This document shows, one piece after another, positions 14,832 through 29,689 of a stretch of DNA of 64,000 nucleotides. This DNA is from Eledone cirrhosa. Its lineage: Eukaryota. The position numbers and the translations under genes were made by a program. Every line of letters begins with the position of its first letter. The stretch's first letter is position 1. The stretch covers positions 195,362,001 to 195,426,000 of the forward strand of contig OZ024742.1 of NCBI GenBank assembly GCA_964016885.1, given 5' to 3'. The notes under the pieces are model-generated. The model saw nothing but the letters and a program-made list of their open reading frames with translations. It did no database searches and was not told where the DNA came from.

Positions 14832-15105
14832 GTAAATAAATGTATTCTATTTTCTCCTAGTTTATTTTACACCTAATTCTGTTTAATTGACTGTATCTGG
14901 GCGATTACGCTGTCGAAATATTCGATAAATATTCCGCTACGGCCGACGCGAAGCGCTAGTTTCGGTTATTTGTCGGAGATTTCTTCATAGAAGCCTCATT
15001 CTTATAGCCTGGTCTATTCGATTTTTTATATGGTTAATTATGTTAATTGGGAGAGGAAATAGTATATATTTTATCTTTTGATTCTATAGACATGTTTTAT
15101 GATAT
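14751..15105 (+). mobile_element. Solo pLTR-like unit homologous to the 11.8-12.1 kb arm
   Basis: Shared CTTATAGCCTGGTCTA..GATTTTTTAT.TGGTT.ATTATG.TAATTGGGAGAGGAAAT. Confidence 0.65.
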
Positions 15106-15111
15106 GTATAA

Positions 15112-15187
<76 letters not shown>

Positions 15188-15629
15188 CGAAGGGTATTAG
15201 TAGTGGTTGTTAGAGGTAATAACAAGAATGGCTGATTTACTTTATATATAAAAAGGTTTACTTCACTTCAGTCAAAAAGAACAAAATACAAGTTACCACG
15301 AGTTGCGAAGGTTGACAATGTTATTGTGTTGTTGGTTCATGAGGCTGGTGTGGTCTGAGGCCAGGGGAGAGAGAGAGTAAAGGTCTGTGGTTGTCTGTAG
15401 ACCTCCGCGGCCTGTAGTAGGCGTGGAATCTTTACATAGCTTGTCTATAGAGTACGGCTCCGATCTCTCTGTGTAAAACGTGGGAAAATATAGGCTTTAT
15501 ATACCTGTCGTTTTCTGTCTCCCTGCCTCGAAGGATCGCCCACGCATGAACCTGTCCACGCCGAAAAGGATGGTGACCTAGAATTTGATTTTAGGTGTCA
15601 CCCAAGGTTCAAGTCGTGGACAGATTTCG

Positions 15630-17060
<1,431 letters not shown>

Positions 17061-17351
17061 TTATTCGTTTGTTTGAACGAACATAAGTATCTACGTTGAC
17101 CACATTGATAGAATATCTGAGCTTCAAAGGTCTAGGTCGAGGGTTCGTATAATGTCAGTGCCATGGTGTTCAGACTTACAACCTTATCTTAAGTGGTTTC
17201 TATTGTACTCAGAAAATTACTTAGATTGCCAACCTTCTACAATGTTCTCACACAATTGTTCGGAATAATCGGAATTTTACTGGCCATTGTAACGAATAGC
17301 CAGCCAATACATATGTATGTGTATTATATATATAGATATATATAGATATAG

Positions 17352-17391
<40 letters not shown>

Positions 17392-17989
17392 GGATGCGCG
17401 TGTATGTATGTGTAATTTCATATCATATCATATCCAGGTGGTGCTATTATGTTAGACATGGTCCGGTTCAACATTGGCCGAAAGCTATCAAAATTAAAGT
17501 TATATCAATTGTCTTTCTGTGTGTCCTTTCAGCCTGAAATTCCATAAATGTAGATCGAGAAGAGGATTAGCAGACTTAATTGAAAGCACCTCCGTCGATT
17601 TCGACGATGAGTGTTCCAATTGTTCGATCAATAGAATAGACTGCTTGTGAAGTTAACGTGTAAGTGGCTGAGCATTCCGCAGGCACGCATACTTTTAACA
17701 TATTTTTTTTAAGGATATTCAACGTGACACAGCGTGTGAGAAGGCATGCTCTTTGTTTTGAAGGTTTATTCCATCTGACAGACTTCCAAATAGTTTCTGT
17801 CCACCAAAGTTCTGTCATAATGCAAGGGTCCACTCGAAACTATGGCAAATGATACTTGCTCAAAACTCGTCGTAGCGAGATTGAACACAGGACCTAATGA
17901 ATGTGAAGCGAACGTTTCAAACATTCCGCTGTGTCTACAGTCTTCATTGAAATGAGGGAAGGAGAAGTGTCTTGGAGAAATAGGGTTTC

Positions 17990-18280
17990 TCCGAAGGGTC
18001 TCTGCAGTAATGTTACTCGTTAGAATCACTCCAGTTAGAGCCGTACTTCCATCGAATTGAGAGATCACTGCTCCGATACTATGGTACTATGGGCATGTTG
18101 TTAGAATGTCTCAGGAAAGAATCGTTGGACAGATTTTACGAGCGAAACCAAGCGACGGGAGTCCCCGGTGTAGATCCCGAACAGGGGGAAGAAGAAGAAG
18201 AAGAAGAAGAAGAAGAAGAAGAAGAAGAAGAAGAAGAAGAAGAAGAAGAAGAAGAAGAAGAAGAAGAAGAAGAAGAAGAA
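17990..18280 (+). mobile_element. RTE-clade LINE 3' fragment with (GAA)n tail
   Basis: YGHVVRMSQERIVGQILRAKP; homologous to 43875-44205; (GAA)n at 18188-18280. Confidence 0.65.
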
Positions 18281-19249
18281 AATAATGTCAATTCCACTCT
18301 GGAAGTATTGGTGCAACACATTTCATTTTCTTTGTCAGATTCTTGATGTCAAATATGTTGGAATAGATATTGTTATGAACAGAGGACACACGTTGGAAAA
18401 ATTTGAAATATAAAATGTAGTCGCGCCAACAATGATGACTATAATAATAGTAGATCACTTTCAATAATAGTTAAGTAAATTATAGAGCGAAAATGTTGAG
18501 TTTAGATTAGGAATCGGCATTTAGCTTCCAATGTGACTCGGTTTTTCATGTCATCTTTATTGGTGCCGTCTGTGAACTTACTGCTTCCCCTTTTCTCTGT
18601 ATCTCTCACTTCATTTTACCCCCTCTACCAGTCACTCTCTCTGTTAGCCTTTTCCTCACACTTTCACTCACTCACTCTCTGCTACTCCCTCTCCTACTTC
18701 CTCCCGTTTGACCTGTGCGAAATTCTTTCCTTACTCACATTTCGACCAGGTTTGATGGTCTTTATTCTCTCTCGTCCACGACTTCACAGAACTTATATTC
18801 ATCGATTTCAGGGACTTGACTCCTTCTTCCCCCCCTTTTCATTACATTACCATCTTTGTTTGTTTACTGTCTCGCCCGTTCCCCCTATTTACGTGTCCCA
18901 ACGACTTTCTTTAGCCATTGCTCGCACAAACCAGAGGTATATGGTCTTTAAAGCGATGAAATACCAATGAAGGCTGGAAGATTTATTCATATGTAACCCG
19001 TTTGCAACCACTCAGCACGCCATGTTTTCATATTTATATATATATATATATGGTGGCTGGCAACTCGTTTTCGAGTACGGCCACTACTTTATATCCATGT
19101 AGGAGAACTCCTACCGATGCGCTGAACGAGTGTGACTTTTTAGTCCAGCCAGCGACTTGAAAACTCTGGTACAAACACTACACTTGTGACAATTATTGAC
19201 ACATAGTGCTGGGCCCATGGTACCATGTGACGACAAGTGCAGAGAGATC

Positions 19250-19651
19250 TCCAGATATACAGCAATGCCTGTGCTGTGAAGCTTTTATAGTGAGCAAAGG
19301 CACTGCACAAAGCCAGTCCCACTCTCTTAACCAAGATGATATTTACCAAAAAGAGGAACATGTCAACATCATTGGATACCATCAGAGTTGCAGGTGTTAT
19401 ATCAGAGTTTTTCTTCTCCTAGAATTCTGCCTTGACAAAAGCTAAGGGGTCATCTCTCTCGGTGATTTTGGATGGCCATTGACTCTTAAGAGCTCCTTTG
19501 CCCTTTTGACAGGTTTTGTTTTTAGTCCTGCAGGATGTCCAAAGTCTCCCTCCTCACCAAGAAACCTTGGTGGGGTTGCCAGTTTAGTTGCCAACGACCC
19601 GACCATGAGACAGGTTGTACTGGGATACATGTTACCAGTAGCACCAACTGG
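19250..19651 (-). mobile_element. Probable RTE-type LINE 5' region
   Basis: GC-rich non-coding block resembling RTE 5' UTRs (GTCGGGTCGTTGGCAACTAAACTGG...AAAACAAAACCTG); no diagnostic protein motif. Confidence 0.35.
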
Positions 19652-19659
19652 TATATATA

Positions 19660-20485
19660 TATATATAAGTATGTATATGTACATACATATATGTATACAG
19701 ACGTACAGTAGTATGTATATATATATACATACATGTACACGTATATATATGTACGTATGGATTCACCGAACATTTATTATAATGCTTGGTGTGTTTGTAA
19801 ACAAACATCCCGAATTAAGCCGTACAGTGTCTAACAACAATCGTTGCTCATTTGTTCAACCCTGACAAAGGTACTAGTTTCAAGCTTATTAGCTATCGTC
19901 AGCAACGTATACCTTCCTGCCAGATGATTGAACGTCTGAAAGTATAAACTTTCCTTATGCATATTAACGTCTGAGCAGCCTAATTTGCATATCGAGTGAG
20001 TTAATCGGCCGGGGTACCGAAAACGATAAACGGAAAAAATGAAACGAAATTTCATTTCTCACTCTTAGTACGGCTGTTACTTAAATATAACTATGTATAC
20101 GTACATACATATATGTATACAGACGTACAGTAGTATGTATATTTATATACATACATGCACACATATATATATGTACGTATGGATTCACCGAACATTTATT
20201 ATAATGCTCGGTATGTTTGTAAACAAACATCCCGAATTAAGCCGTACAATGTCTAGCAACCATCGTTGCTCATTTGTTCAACCCTGACAAAGGAACACTG
20301 TACTAGTTTCAAGCTTATTAGCTATCGTCAGCAACTTATACCTTCCTGCCAGATGATTGAACGTCTGAAAGTATATACTTTCCTTATGCATATTAACGGC
20401 TGAGCAGCCTAATTTGCATATCGAGTGAGTTAATCGGCCGGATACCGAAGACGATAAACGGAATAAATGAAACGAAATTTCATGA
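19660..20485 (-). mobile_element. Tandem dimer of a non-coding unit of about 420-430 bp, each unit with a hammerhead (retrozyme-like/Penelope pLTR)
   Basis: CAGACGTACAGTAG at 19698 and 20120; hammerheads at 19871-19907 and 20297-20335; short terminal inversion at 20480-20510; (TA)n flanks. Confidence 0.75.
20297..20335 (-). ncRNA. Minimal type I hammerhead
   Basis: GTTG-CTGACGA-TAGCT-aata-AGCTT-GAAAC-TA-GTA-CAGT. Confidence 0.7.
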
Positions 20486-20505
20486 AATTACGTTTCATTT
20501 TTTCC

Positions 20506-20579
<74 letters not shown>

Positions 20580-20585
<6 letters not shown>

Positions 20586-21105
20586 TTTTCCGGGCGATAT
20601 GGCGCACGCCGTTATGGCATGACACCCATAATTTTGATTTGGATTAAATTCATTTAATTTATCTTAATTTTGGATATAGATATATAAATACGGCTCCTTA
20701 ATTGTAGAGCTAACTCTGTTGAAAGGAATCGACTGCTGTTTCTAGTAGTCGAATACCTATTCACGCCACTGAGACGAAGCTACTGTGATGTGTAAACACA
20801 ACACGTGGTAGTAGCCAGTTGCAGATTTGAACATGGATTGCTGGAATTTTTTCTTCCTTGTTGAAAATCCAAAAATATCCACTTCCGTGATTTACAATCT
20901 AATTAATTGGTGAAATATATTTCTTTAATGGACGATTAATCATATTAAAAGGGACGATTAATCATATTAAAAGGTATCTATTTTTGAAGTTCTAGTCAAC
21001 TTTATTTTGTTACCTACCTAGCTATGTGTGGTTACACGCTTGTAAAAATTATCTCCTGTGATTATTCATGTTTATATATATGTTAAACAATTTCTAGTTA
21101 TTATA
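20580..21105. mobile_element. Unclassified dispersed repeat (family also at 49805-50520 and 60340-60450)
   Basis: Shared GAGCTAACTC.GTTGAAAGGA.TCGACTGCT.TTT.TAG, CTATTCACGCCACTG and AAGGTATCTATTTTT.AAGTTCTAGT. Confidence 0.7.
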
Positions 21106-21149
21106 TATATATAAAATGAGGAAAATTAACAGAGAGGACAAGACAAAAT

Positions 21150-21191
<42 letters not shown>

Positions 21192-21564
21192 GTGTGTGTG
21201 TGTGTATATTTATATATATATACATATCTTTGCGAGTTTCTCAAGATATTTGTCGATATTGTTAGTGAGTTGGGGTGACGATATTCTTTTTGTTGATATT
21301 TTTCCTCGTTTTTATTATCATATCATTGTTGTTGTTGTTGTTATTGTCAGTCATCGTTGGCGTCATCGTCGTCATCGTTGCTGTTCTTCTCGTCGTCGTC
21401 ATCGTTGTTGTTAGTGCCGTTGTTATTTAAGCAAATGAATGAAATCAGAATTCGCTTTTCACGTCTCTTTGTTCCACAGATATTGTCTATATCCAGTCAC
21501 CAATATCCCTGAAGCACTTTACAGAAATCTCATTACAAACCACTCAAAACTATCTATCTATATC

Positions 21565-21585
21565 TCACTACTACTACCACCACCA

Positions 21586-21640
<55 letters not shown>

Positions 21641-21756
21641 CACTACTACTACTACCACTACCACTACTACCACTACTACGACTACTACTACTACTACTAC
21701 TACGACGACGACTACTACTACTACTACTACTACTATTACTACTACTACCACTACTA

Positions 21757-21811
<55 letters not shown>

Positions 21812-21830
21812 CACCGCCACCACTACTACT

Positions 21831-21873
<43 letters not shown>

Positions 21874-21929
21874 GTACTACTACCACTACTACTACTACTA
21901 CTACAACTACTACTACTACCACCACCACC

Positions 21930-21997
<68 letters not shown>

Positions 21998-22342
21998 CAC
22001 TACTACTACTACTACTAATAATAATAATAATAATAATAATAATGATTTCATTTATTAGCCACAAAATGAAGATGATGATGATGATTAAAATGTTACAAAA
22101 ATAATAGCAATTGTGATAATAGTAACAATAATAATAATAATAATGATGATGATGATAATAATTTTGAAATTTGATGATGATGGTGATGATGATGGTGATA
22201 GTGGCGGTGGTGGTTGTGGGAAGGTGGTGAGAATGAAGTTTAAAATGATGCAGAAAAAAGAATGATTTTAATGATGATGATGATGATGATGACCGTGATG
22301 AAGATGATGATGATTTTGATGAGGAAGACAATGATGATGATG

Positions 22343-22374
<32 letters not shown>

Positions 22375-22475
22375 GAGGAGGAGGAGGAGGAGTGGGAGGA
22401 TAATGAAGGTGAAGACGATGACGAAGACGATGGTGTTGATGACGATGATGATGATGATGATTGTGATGATGGTGG

Positions 22476-22519
<44 letters not shown>

Positions 22520-22532
22520 GTGATGATGATGG

Positions 22533-22579
<47 letters not shown>

Positions 22580-22696
22580 GTGATGATGGTGATGATGGTG
22601 GTGGTGATGATGGTGATGATGATGATGGTGGTGATGGTGTTGATGATGGTGATGATGATGATGATGATGATGATGATGGTGATGATGATGGTGATG

Positions 22697-22728
<32 letters not shown>

Positions 22729-22855
22729 GATGATGATGGTGATGATGGTGATGATGGTGATGATGATGATGATGATGATGATGGTGGTGATGATGGTGAT
22801 GGTGATGATGATGATGGTGGTGATGATGGTGATGGTGATGATGATGGTGTTGGTG

Positions 22856-22905
<50 letters not shown>

Positions 22906-22960
22906 GATGATGATGGTGATGATGGTGATGATGATGATGGTGGTGATGGTGTTGATGATG

Positions 22961-22992
<32 letters not shown>

Positions 22993-23030
22993 GATGATGG
23001 TGATGATGATGGTGATGATGATGGTGATGA
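21565..23030. repeat. Trinucleotide array (CTA/CCA)n-(TAA)n-(GAT/GGT)n
   Basis: Direct reading; source of the poly-S/H/M/V/L pseudo-ORFs. Confidence 0.95.
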
Positions 23031-23184
23031 CGAAAACATAATAGCAATACTGTCTTTCGGTTTAATTTTGAACAACAGTCGTCATAAAAATGTGCCATGA
23101 AAAAGAAGAAGACGAGGATAATGTAATTTCTTTATGTAGTAAGACAAAAGTTTAAATTTTAATAGCGAAGACAATGCATTCTGT

Positions 23185-23186
23185 GA

Positions 23187-23228
<42 letters not shown>

Positions 23229-23253
23229 TATGTGTGTGTATATATATATATTC

Positions 23254-23287
<34 letters not shown>

Positions 23288-23319
23288 TCTTATGTGTGTA
23301 TATATATATATATATTCAA

Positions 23320-23375
<56 letters not shown>

Positions 23376-23397
23376 ATATATATATATATATATATTC

Positions 23398-23429
<32 letters not shown>

Positions 23430-23577
23430 TCTTATGTGTGTATATATATATATATATTCATATGTGTATATATATATATATATATATATTCTTATGTGTG
23501 TATATATATATATATTCATATGTGTCTATATATATATATATATTCATATGTGTGTATATATATATATATTCATATAT

Positions 23578-23635
<58 letters not shown>

Positions 23636-23655
23636 GTATATATGTGTGTGTGTAT
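23185..23655. repeat. Minisatellite TTC(A/T)TATGTGTG(TA)n, unit about 25-35 bp
   Basis: Recurrent TATTCATATGTGTG / TATTCTTATGTGTG separated by TA runs. Confidence 0.9.
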
Positions 23656-23687
23656 GTAAAACGTAAACAGAAATAACAACACAATCG

Positions 23688-23718
<31 letters not shown>

Positions 23719-23858
23719 ATATACATACATACGTACCTACCTACCTACATACATACATACATACTTACATACAAATATACATACATACATACATATGTAT
23801 ATGTATCTGAATCGATATGTATTTTTACTTATATATATATATATGTGTGTCTATGTGA

Positions 23859-24072
<214 letters not shown>

Positions 24073-24437
24073 GTCTGCGTGTGTGTATATGTGCGTAAGT
24101 AAGTATAAGTATATATAAACACATACATATATATATCTATATATTTGTATGTGTGCATATATATAGAGATTTATATATAATCCAATTATATAAGACAAAG
24201 TATACATCTATTCCTAATACTTCTTTACACTCCTTCTCTCAACCCCCTTCCTTATCACCCACCAACCCCACCGTTCGTAGCTCTCATCTAAGTATGTTTC
24301 ACGAAAGAACGTTATTTTTTAAAATAACAAATTATATAATAGAGCCACCCAATTCTCTATTCACATTTCACTTAGATATTTTTTCGTTTCAATTCTCTTT
24401 TTACCCTATTTGTTTCTCTTTTCAGTGAGTATAAAAA

Positions 24438-24472
<35 letters not shown>

Positions 24473-24518
24473 GAGAGAGCAAGAGATAGAGAGAGAGAGG
24501 GAGAAAGAGAGAGAGAGT

Positions 24519-24583
<65 letters not shown>

Positions 24584-24677
24584 ATATATATTATTCGTTA
24601 CTTTGATATTGAACCATTTTTCCTTTTATTTGTAAACCCAAACCTCCGGATATACATATATATATATATATATATGT

Positions 24678-25985
24678 ATGTAAAAAGTAAACAGAAATAA
24701 CAACACAATCGGTACAGTATAAGGAAGGAATATATTAGATTAACGCTTGAGCAGGAAGAGGGGTCTTAATGCTTCGGACGCTATCCTTCTTCAGAAGAAA
24801 GAATGAGAAATTAGAAAGATAGAGGTGTCCGGCTGGGTGGAGTCGGAAAAGATGTTTTTCGAGAAAAATAACAGGTCCATTGATGTTGACATCTCTTTGA
24901 AAACTGTTGGTGCTGGCGTTTTATGTATCATATACTTTTATAGAAGAGTGGATGATGGATCGCGTCAACTTGAAATGGAAAAAAAGACTGTTTTGTATAT
25001 GGAGATATACCTGTGCGCGTGTGTATGCGCGTGTGTTATTATACGTCCGTAAAAGCTAGGAGGATATGTGTGTGTATATGTAAGTATAAGAGTGTGTGTG
25101 TGCTTGTAAGTACGATGCTGTGAACAAAAGAATGTTAATAAGAAGGAGTGTGTGTGTGTGTTTGTGTGTTTGTGTGTGTGTTTGTATACAGAGCTGTGAT
25201 GAGAAAAGTAGAGATGTGTGTGCGTATTTAGTTGGTCTGTATCAGCTGTAAGAATATATGTTTCTGACCATAAGAGAGCCATAGGAATATAGGGGTGAAT
25301 GTACGAGCGCGTGTGTGATAACAGACGGGGTAAACGTCACGTGGGAAAAGGGTACAGAAGTAAGCACGAACATATATGTGTAATATTAAAGAAATTGGGG
25401 AGGCGAGTTGAGTACATGAGGGGAAACAAGACAGAAGGCGGTAAACCTGACTCTGTTCAGTCCTGGTGCGTGAGACCTGTGATCCGTGATGTAAAAGGAA
25501 ACCCAGGCCTGAGACATGTAGGGAAGAGTGACCTGGTAACGGAAATGGCGAGCGACGGGTGTATTCATACCGAGTCGTATGTCGCTCTAATGTTCAGCAA
25601 AACATTCCGCCAACGGCGTCCCGTTTGTCCGATGTATAAGGACTCGCAAAGGGAATACTGGAGGGCATAGACAACGTAGGTGGAGGTGCAGGTGAAAGAG
25701 TGGTGGATATGGAATGAATCGTTGGTGCCTGTGAGAGTGGTGAGGCTGGAAATGAAAGGACAAGTGTTACAACGAGGACGAGAACAAGGATGAGAACGGA
25801 GGGGAGTCGTAGGAGAAGACGAGAAGGAACTGCGTACCAGGAAGTCACGGAGGTTACGGGCGCGCTTAAATGCGGTGATAGGTGGGTTACAAAAAAAGAG
25901 AGACGTGATGGGGACAGAAGAGAGGGTGCGGAAGGAACGGAGAATATGTCGCCGGAGAGGTAGGGTGATGCGGTGGTAGGAGAGA
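24678..25985 (-). mobile_element. Penelope (Neptune-like) 3' fragment: Cys linker, GIY-YIG and 3' pLTR
   Basis: PPITAFKRARNLRDFLVRSS...PCSRPRCNTCPF...FTCTSTYVVY...CESLYIGQTGR; degenerate hammerhead at 24764-24798. Confidence 0.8.
24764..24798 (-). ncRNA. Degenerate minimal hammerhead
   Basis: TCTT-CTGAAGA-AGGA-tagcg-TCC-GAAGC-ATT-AAGA (consensus would read GAAAC-GTT). Confidence 0.5.
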
Positions 25986-26251
25986 AGGAAAAATGTATAT
26001 ATATAGAGAGAGATAGATAACTTTCTATTTATTTGCCACGAGGGCATCAAAGATTGGGACAACTACAAGGGGGAGGGAGTTTACATACATTTCAAAGGAC
26101 GTGTAAAAACATATAACAAATCAAATTCAACAATCGAAGTCCTCAATAGGGAGGGGGCGTTGACGTGGGTCGCACACACCCCCGAAAAAAATGTGCAACC
26201 CTACTCCTCAGGAGCACAAAGAGCGGGTGCTCCCTTCCTCTCCTCTCTCAC

Positions 26252-29200
26252 CTACAGGCTGATATAGAGAGAAGGCCCATTCACTCGGGCCATGCTCGCC
26301 ACTTTCACCCACCTTTCATAAAACTTGCTGGGGTAGAGCACCTCTCTCTCCATTCTGATCCTTCTTCTAAAATGGTACTTGAAAAAAAGGACCAGTTGTT
26401 GGCCGGAGAGAAAAATGTCTGACCTCAGCCCTTTCAACCTCGTCCACCATACAACCTCTTTCGCCATAGCTATCACACAGAGGAAAGCCGCCTCTCCTTC
26501 GTTTTTGAAGGGACGAGGCGGTTTGATCGTAGCAATGTACTCGGTGATCAACCGGATTGGTCCCAACCGCGACAGTAGTCGTTCCACATAGCCCCACAGG
26601 TCAGCAACACCCGGGCAGTGTACGAATGCGTGCGCGACGGTTTCCTCGTCACGCACGCATCTCAGACAGATCTTCTTCGAGGGTCCCTACTCAGGCGCCC
26701 GTGTCTGTAGAGCTTGTCCCGAACGGGTAGAGCTCCTCGGTAACACTGCCAAGCCAGGGACTTTTGGAAGTTGTCCATCGGTCCCGGGCCAAACGTCCTA
26801 CCGAACAGACTGGCTAGCCCAGAGCCTCTCCGAGAACGTCGTCGCACTTGCTGAGCACCAACCTTCTATAGAATGTTGAGGTTGAGTCTCCACTGATTGC
26901 CGGATCCGCTTGCCAGAGGGCCGTGAGCGCCTGGGCACATTCAATGTGCCAGTCGCCCACTTTTCTCGGTCTTTGCTTGACCCAGGATTGCAGCTCGGTG
27001 AGTGAGACGAGTCTCGAAAAGGCTCCCCTCACAAAAGGGGCCCACACCGGCTGACCGGTGAGGAATACCTGGAGGTGCCGTAGCCTTAATGCGTGTCTAC
27101 GCATCGTCAGCCACGGCAACCCCAGCCCTCCGTTCGAAGGGTGTTGACAGCAGATGGATCTTCTCCTCAAAAGGGCCCGCTTCTTCCAAAGGAATCGGAA
27201 GAGCGCGCGCTCCATTTTGGTGAGCGTTTTCGCTGGGCAAGGTACGACGGTCAAGCGGTAGTAGATGACGGACGCTATATAAGTGTTCGCCACCTCCGCT
27301 CGACCGTTCAGGGATAGTTTGCACTCGGCCCACTTCTGGGCGAGTGCAAACACCCTGCCCGTTACCTCGTCCCAGTTTTTCTCCACCTGGCGGTCCGAAC
27401 CAGACCCAAGCAGCTTCACCGGTCCCTCCGTCCAGCGTCCAACGACGCCATCGGAGGGCATCGGTTTGCCTCTCCACGTTCCGAGTTGCAAACCGACGGA
27501 CTTGTCCCGGTTCAGCTTGGCTCCTGTAAACCTTTCGTATTCCTCCAGTAAGGTGCCGATCTGCCCGATTTCCGAGGCGCACGACACCATTACTGTCACG
27601 TCGTCGGCGTAGGCCAACACCGCTTTCCGCAATCCCGATTCCAAGGGGATTCCCTGCAACAGCTCCAACTTCCGCAGTAGTGGCTCGAGAGCCAGCACAT
27701 ACAGAAGGGAGAAGCGAGGGCATCCCTATCGGATGGGTCGCGCGATTTGGAACGGCTCCGAGAGGTATCCGTTCACCTTGACCCTCAAGCAGGTGTTGCT
27801 GCTGTGCATTGCAGCAATCCAGCCCCTGAAAATGTGTCCGAAGCCTGTCGCCGCGAGCACCGCATCCAGGTACCGATGGTCGACCCTATCGAACGCCTTA
27901 GATTGATCCAGGTTGATCAGGGCCACACCAAAGCCGGGTTCGTTGCCTACCCTCTTTACGATGTATCGCATGAGGTGGAGGTTGTCGTGTATGGACTTGG
28001 ACGGGATTGCACATGTCTGCGCTTCTCCCACCAGGTTCCCGACGACAAGCGCCAACCTCTTCGCTAACACCTTGGCCAAAATCTTTAACTCTGTGTTTAG
28101 CAGAGTTATGGGCCTGAAGTTATCTATGTCATCCCCCTTGTTCTCGTTCTTCCTCACCAGTGTGACTACGCCCTTGGTCACAGAACTGGGAATTCTCCCG
28201 TTCTGTTGCCAGTTGCAATAGACCGCCTCGAGGAGATCGGAGAACAAGTCCGGCATCGCTACATAAAGTTCGTATGGTAGACCATCGAGACCAGGAGATT
28301 TCCGTTTGCCGCATTGGCTCAGCGCTTCCCTGAATTCAGCGGCTGAATTCGGCCTTTCATAGGACTTCTCCTCCCCGTCCAAGAGCCGCGGCAGACCGTC
28401 GAGGTATAGACCGAAATCCATGGCCTCACCTGGCCCGCCTCCCCTCCCGAACAGTTGTGCAAAACGCCGTTGAAAGGCCGCGCACATCCGCTCAGGTTCA
28501 AGGATCACGCGTCCATCCTGGTCCTTCAAAGACCGAATCGTGGACTTGTTTCCACTTTTTGCCTCTGTCACTCGGGCCCAGCTAACAGCTTTGGCTCCCT
28601 CGTTACCCAGAGCACGTATTTTACTCCTGACAACACAGCCCTCGTGCTTCGCGTCAAAGAACTGGTCTAGGGCCGTTCTTGACGCCAGCACGCCGGCCAC
28701 GTTGCCCCTCCTAATCGCCTCTTCTACTCTATCTATCAATTCCCTTTCAGTTCTATTCCTATCTGATGCTAATTCCTGACTAAAACCTATCGATTCTATT
28801 CTAATTTCTCTCTTGAGAGAACCCCACCACCTGCTATTGACAATTTCCCCCGTTAACCGCTGCTTAACTAGAGTGCTAATCCAGTTACTGTAAGCTTTGT
28901 TTGTCGGTAACGACAAGTTTAGCTTCCAGTAACCAGGTCCTTCTCTATGGGTTCTATCAAGGTTGACAACTCCAGTCACCAACTTGTGATCCGAATAGTC
29001 AACCATGAACATTCGTGGACAGCTTAATATGCCCCTATCCTTATTTCTAACTAGGAACCTATCTAGGTACGACCTAGATGTTCCGCTGAGATTAGTCCAC
29101 GTTCACAGGCACAGTCGAAATATCTAGTCGATATCTATCGGCCAGATCAAATCGGCTGATTAACCGTTTGAGGCTGTTACACCACCTCCCACCCCCCTCT

Positions 29201-29674
29201 ATCGGGACATGCCCCTACATCGTCCCAACGTGCATCCAGGATACCATTCCAGTCCCCCACTAAAAGCAAGGAGCGAGACGTTCTCAGAAAAGTCTCTAGG
29301 CGTTGGAAGAAGTTCGGTCGCGGTGTCCCAGATGGGGCATACGCTGCCACCAGCCTGATGGCGCCACCTTCACTACTGCCTACGTCTAGAACCACCAGTC
29401 GACCCTCCGGGTCCAGGTGTACCTTCCGTGTTGAGAGGCCCAGGTGTTTTCGCAGCAGAACGACCACCCTGCCCCCACCCCTCGGCTGACAGAGAGATGC
29501 ATAGATCTCAAAGTCGTCGAAGATGGGAGCCAGTTGGTGCTCGCTGCTGATCCTGGACTCGCAAATAGCTATCACATCCATTATGTGCGACCTGAGGTCA
29601 TTTAAGAGTTTGCCCTGCTTCCAGGACATCCCCAGGCCGCGCATATTTAAACATCCAACTCTTATAACCGCCAT
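26252..29674 (-). pseudogene. Copy A ORF2 (APE endonuclease-RT-zinc finger), several stops and frameshifts
   Basis: Fragments 29177-29674, 27726-29012, 26814-27698, 26662-26847 and 26252-26656 are collinear with copy B ORF2. Confidence 0.9.
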
Positions 29675-29689
29675 GTTGGTGGTGAAGAG

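Noticed and set aside
19575-19651. HDV-like ribozyme candidate on the minus strand (CCAGT..ACC-TGTCTCAT-GGT..C-TAA-ACTGG)
   Set aside because: P2 and P3 are plausible but I found no P1 5' strand or convincing P1.1
21439-23098. Long ORFs (505-aa poly-Ser, poly-His, poly-Met, poly-Val)
   Set aside because: Stop-free frames of trinucleotide repeats, open in many frames and on both strands; no domain or splice evidence
23185-23655. Regularly spaced repeat resembling a CRISPR array
   Set aside because: The spacers are TA runs, not unique sequence; eukaryotic context; no cas genes
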